Source of the DNA: Nitrosococcus oceani ATCC 19707
GTDB taxonomy: Bacteria > Pseudomonadota > Gammaproteobacteria > Nitrosococcales > Nitrosococcaceae
Direction: 5' to 3'
NCBI RefSeq assembly: GCF_000012805.1
Contig: NC_007484.1
Span: forward strand, 2,640,001-2,672,000
DNA length: 32,000 bases
A model generated the notes under the pieces. It saw nothing but the letters and a program-made list of their open reading frames with translations. It searched no databases and had not been told where the DNA came from. The translations under genes were made by a program, and so were the position numbers. Shown here piece after piece: positions 29,642 to 32,000 of this stretch (its first letter is position 1; each line of letters opens with the position of its first letter).

Positions 29642-32000
29642 TCAAGCGGTAGCAGCGCCTGACTCAGAAATCTCATCTTCACCATAATGGGAAGTGCCCG
29701 TATCGGCCGTCAGAGATTCTGGCTGTTCTAACATCCGCCGCTTGCGACGCCGCTCGGAATGATAGGCTAAACCTGTCCCTGCGGGAATTAAACGACCCAC
29801 AATTACATTTTCTTTTAACCCCCGCAGCTCATCGCATTTGCCTGTCACCGCCGCTTCCGTAAGCACCCGCGTAGTCTCTTGGAAAGAGGCGGCTGAAATG
29901 AAAGATTCCGTGGCTAAAGAAGCCTTGGTGATACCAAGGAGTACCGGCTCAAAACGAGCAGGTAACTTATCTTCTTTCTCCATTTTTTCATTTTCTTCCA
30001 GCAATCTTGGCTTATCGATCTGCTCGCCCTTAAGAAAACTAGTATCTCCAGGCTCTATTATTTCTACCTTGCGAAGCATTTGACAGATAATGACTTCAAT
30101 GTGCTTATCATTGATTTTTACCCCTTGAAGGCGATATACCTCCTGAACTTCGTTAACAATATAATAAGTTAGCTCCTCCACACCTCTTAAACGCAAAATA
30201 TCATGCGGCACAGGTGGCCCATCGACGATCGCTTCGCCTTTTTCAACATGTTCGCCTTCGAACACATTGACTTGACGCCACTTAGGAATCAATTCCTCAT
30301 GCCGCTCGCCATCACTGCCAGTGATGATAAGCCGCTGCTTTCCTTTGGTTTCCTTACCAAAACTTACCGTCCCTGAAATTTCGGCAAGCACCGCTGGGTC
30401 TTTTGGTTTTCGAGCTTCAAAAAGGTCTGCTACTCTCGGCAAACCGCCCGTAATATCACGGGTTTTGCTAGATTCTTGGGGTAATCGCGCCAATACATCA
30501 CCCACGCCAACCATGGCCTCATCTTCTACTGAAACGACCGCTCCTGCTGGCAAATAATAATGGGCGGGAATATCTGTTCCTGCAAGACACAGATCGCTTC
30601 CTGTTTCATCAACCAATTTAACCATCGGACGCAATTCTTTAACAGCGGCGCCTCGCTGCTTGGGATCGAGTACCGTAAGGCTAGTCAAACCGGTCACTTC
30701 ATCAGCCTGGCGTTCTACGGTGCTACCCTCCAGAAAATCCTGAAGTCTGACCTTACCCGCCACCTCAGTGATAACTGGATGAGTATGAGGAGCCCAAGTA
30801 GCAATGACTTGCCCCGATTCTACTGTATCACCATCCCCTGCTGAAAGCTCGGCGCCATAAGGAATCTTATAGCGTTCCCGCTCACGCCCTTGTTCATCGA
30901 CTATGTGGACTTCACCGGAACGGGAGACAGCAACATACTTACCACTGTCATGCTGAACAATTTTGACATTATGCAGCCGAATGTTACCCTTATACTTAAC
31001 TTCAATCCTATCAGTCGTCACCGTTCGAGAGGCCGCCCCCCCAATATGGAAAGTACGCATAGTGAGCTGTGTACCCGGCTCACCGATAGACTGAGCAGCA
31101 ATAACACCAATAGCTTCGCCGATATTGATACGGTAACCTCGCCCCAGATCCCGACCATAGCAAGCAGCACAGATTCCATAACGAGTCTCACAGGTAATAG
31201 GTGAACGCACCTTCACCGCGTCGATGCCTAACGTCTCAAGATAATCAACCCAGGACTCATCCAGTAACGTACTGGCAGGTATAGCTACTTCATTGCTTCC
31301 TGGCACATAAACATTAAGCGCTAATACCCGCCCCAGCACGCGCTCTCGTAATGGTTCCACAACATCACCACCCTCTACGAAGGGGGTTATATTAATCCCA
31401 CGTGTGGTGCCGCAATCATCCTTTGTAACGACTAAATCTTGAGCTACATCCACTAAGCGCCGGGTCAAATACCCTGAATTAGCGGTTTTTAACGCTGTGT
31501 CGGCCAAACCCTTGCGGGCTCCATGGGTAGAGATGAAATATTGTAGGACATCCAATCCTTCACGAAAATTAGCAGTAATCGGTGTCTCAATAATCGAGCC
31601 GTCCGGTTTAGCCATCAAGCCACGCATACCCGCAAGCTGGCGAATTTGGGCGGCCGATCCACGGGCTCCAGAATCAGCCATCATATAGATAGAATTAAAA
31701 GTCTGCTGCTTGACAACATTGCCTTTTGCATCATATACCTCTTCACTTCCTAGGCGCTCCATCATCGCCTTGGCAACTTGATCATTAGTATGGGACCAAA
31801 TGTCCACAACTTTATTGTAGCGCTCGCCATTGGTCACTAGGCCGGAAGCATACTGGTCCTCTATTTCCTTAACCTCTTCTTCCGCATCGGCAAGGATCGC
31901 TTGCTTTTCTTTTGGCACCACCATGTCATTAACACCAATGGAAATACCGCTAAGAGTCGCCTGCCGGAATCCAAGGTACATCAGCCGATCAGCAAACACT
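29642..32000 (-). CDS. rpoC: DNA-directed RNA polymerase subunit beta', C-terminal ~785 aa (5' end beyond window)
   Basis: Open to the window edge. ...[48 protein letters not shown]...[19 protein letters not shown]... is colinear with the C-terminal half of E. coli RpoC. Stop is TGA 29642-29644. Confidence 0.98.
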   Translation of the reverse strand, partial: VFADRLMYLGFRQATLSGISIGVNDMVVPKEKQAILADAEEEVKEIEDQYASGLVTNGERYNKVVDIWSHTNDQVAKAMMERLGSEEVYDAKGNVVKQQTFNSIYMMADSGARGSAAQIRQLAGMRGLMAKPDGSIIETPITANFREGLDVLQYFISTHGARKGLADTALKTANSGYLTRRLVDVAQDLVVTKDDCGTTRGINITPFVEGGDVVEPLRERVLGRVLALNVYVPGSNEVAIPASTLLDESWVDYLETLGIDAVKVRSPITCETRYGICAACYGRDLGRGYRINIGEAIGVIAAQSIGEPGTQLTMRTFHIGGAASRTVTTDRIEVKYKGNIRLHNVKIVQHDSGKYVAVSRSGEVHIVDEQGRERERYKIPYGAELSAGDGDTVESGQVIATWAPHTHPVITEVAGKVRLQDFLEGSTVERQADEVTGLTSLTVLDPKQRGAAVKELRPMVKLVDETGSDLCLAGTDIPAHYYLPAGAVVSVEDEAMVGVGDVLARLPQESSKTRDITGGLPRVADLFEARKPKDPAVLAEISGTVSFGKETKGKQRLIITGSDGERHEELIPKWRQVNVFEGEHVEKGEAIVDGPPVPHDILRLRGVEELTYYIVNEVQEVYRLQGVKINDKHIEVIICQMLRKVEIIEPGDTSFLKGEQIDKPRLLEENEKMEKEDKLPARFEPVLLGITKASLATESFISAASFQETTRVLTEAAVTGKCDELRGLKENVIVGRLIPAGTGLAYHSERRRKRRMLEQPESLTADTGTSHYGEDEISESGAATA

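Overview
Most of this window is conserved core genome with gammaproteobacterial gene order. I found no CRISPR array, tRNA, rRNA, intact mobile element, or recognisable defence, toxin or secretion system. Left third (1-11.4 kb): a sulfur, methionine and SAM neighbourhood. It holds a 5'-truncated AstE/AspA-family hydrolase, then a minus-strand operon tauE-like permease-cysH-cysD-cysN with a divergent cysB-like LysR regulator. Next come mtnA, a small uncharacterised membrane protein, divergent mtaD-ubiG (ATGA-coupled), about 0.9 kb of gene-poor DNA that looks like a decayed DDE transposase, and a DUF62-type SAM hydrolase. Right two thirds (11.4-32 kb, all minus strand): the 3' end of rpoC followed by an essentially uninterrupted str-S10-spc-alpha ribosomal cluster, rpsL-rpsG-fusA-tuf-rpsJ...rpsQ-rplN...secY-rpmJ-rpsM-rpsK-rpsD-rpoA-rplQ. 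rpmJ is missing from the ORF track. Several track ORFs are over-extended at upstream TTG/GTG codons, and I corrected those starts. The most unusual observation is compositional. By manual count, tuf uses an extreme G/A-ending synonymous codon set (ACG, GCG, GGG, ATA, CGG) unlike every neighbouring highly expressed gene, and Ile/Arg preference switches near its 3' third. Other points worth a look: an Fe-S APS-reductase signature in cysH, a 7-nt tuf-rpsJ junction with no room for an S10 leader, an extra membrane-protein gene inside the mtnA/mtaD divergent pair, and an ATGA-coupled 66-codon ORF. I do not claim a novel system here.
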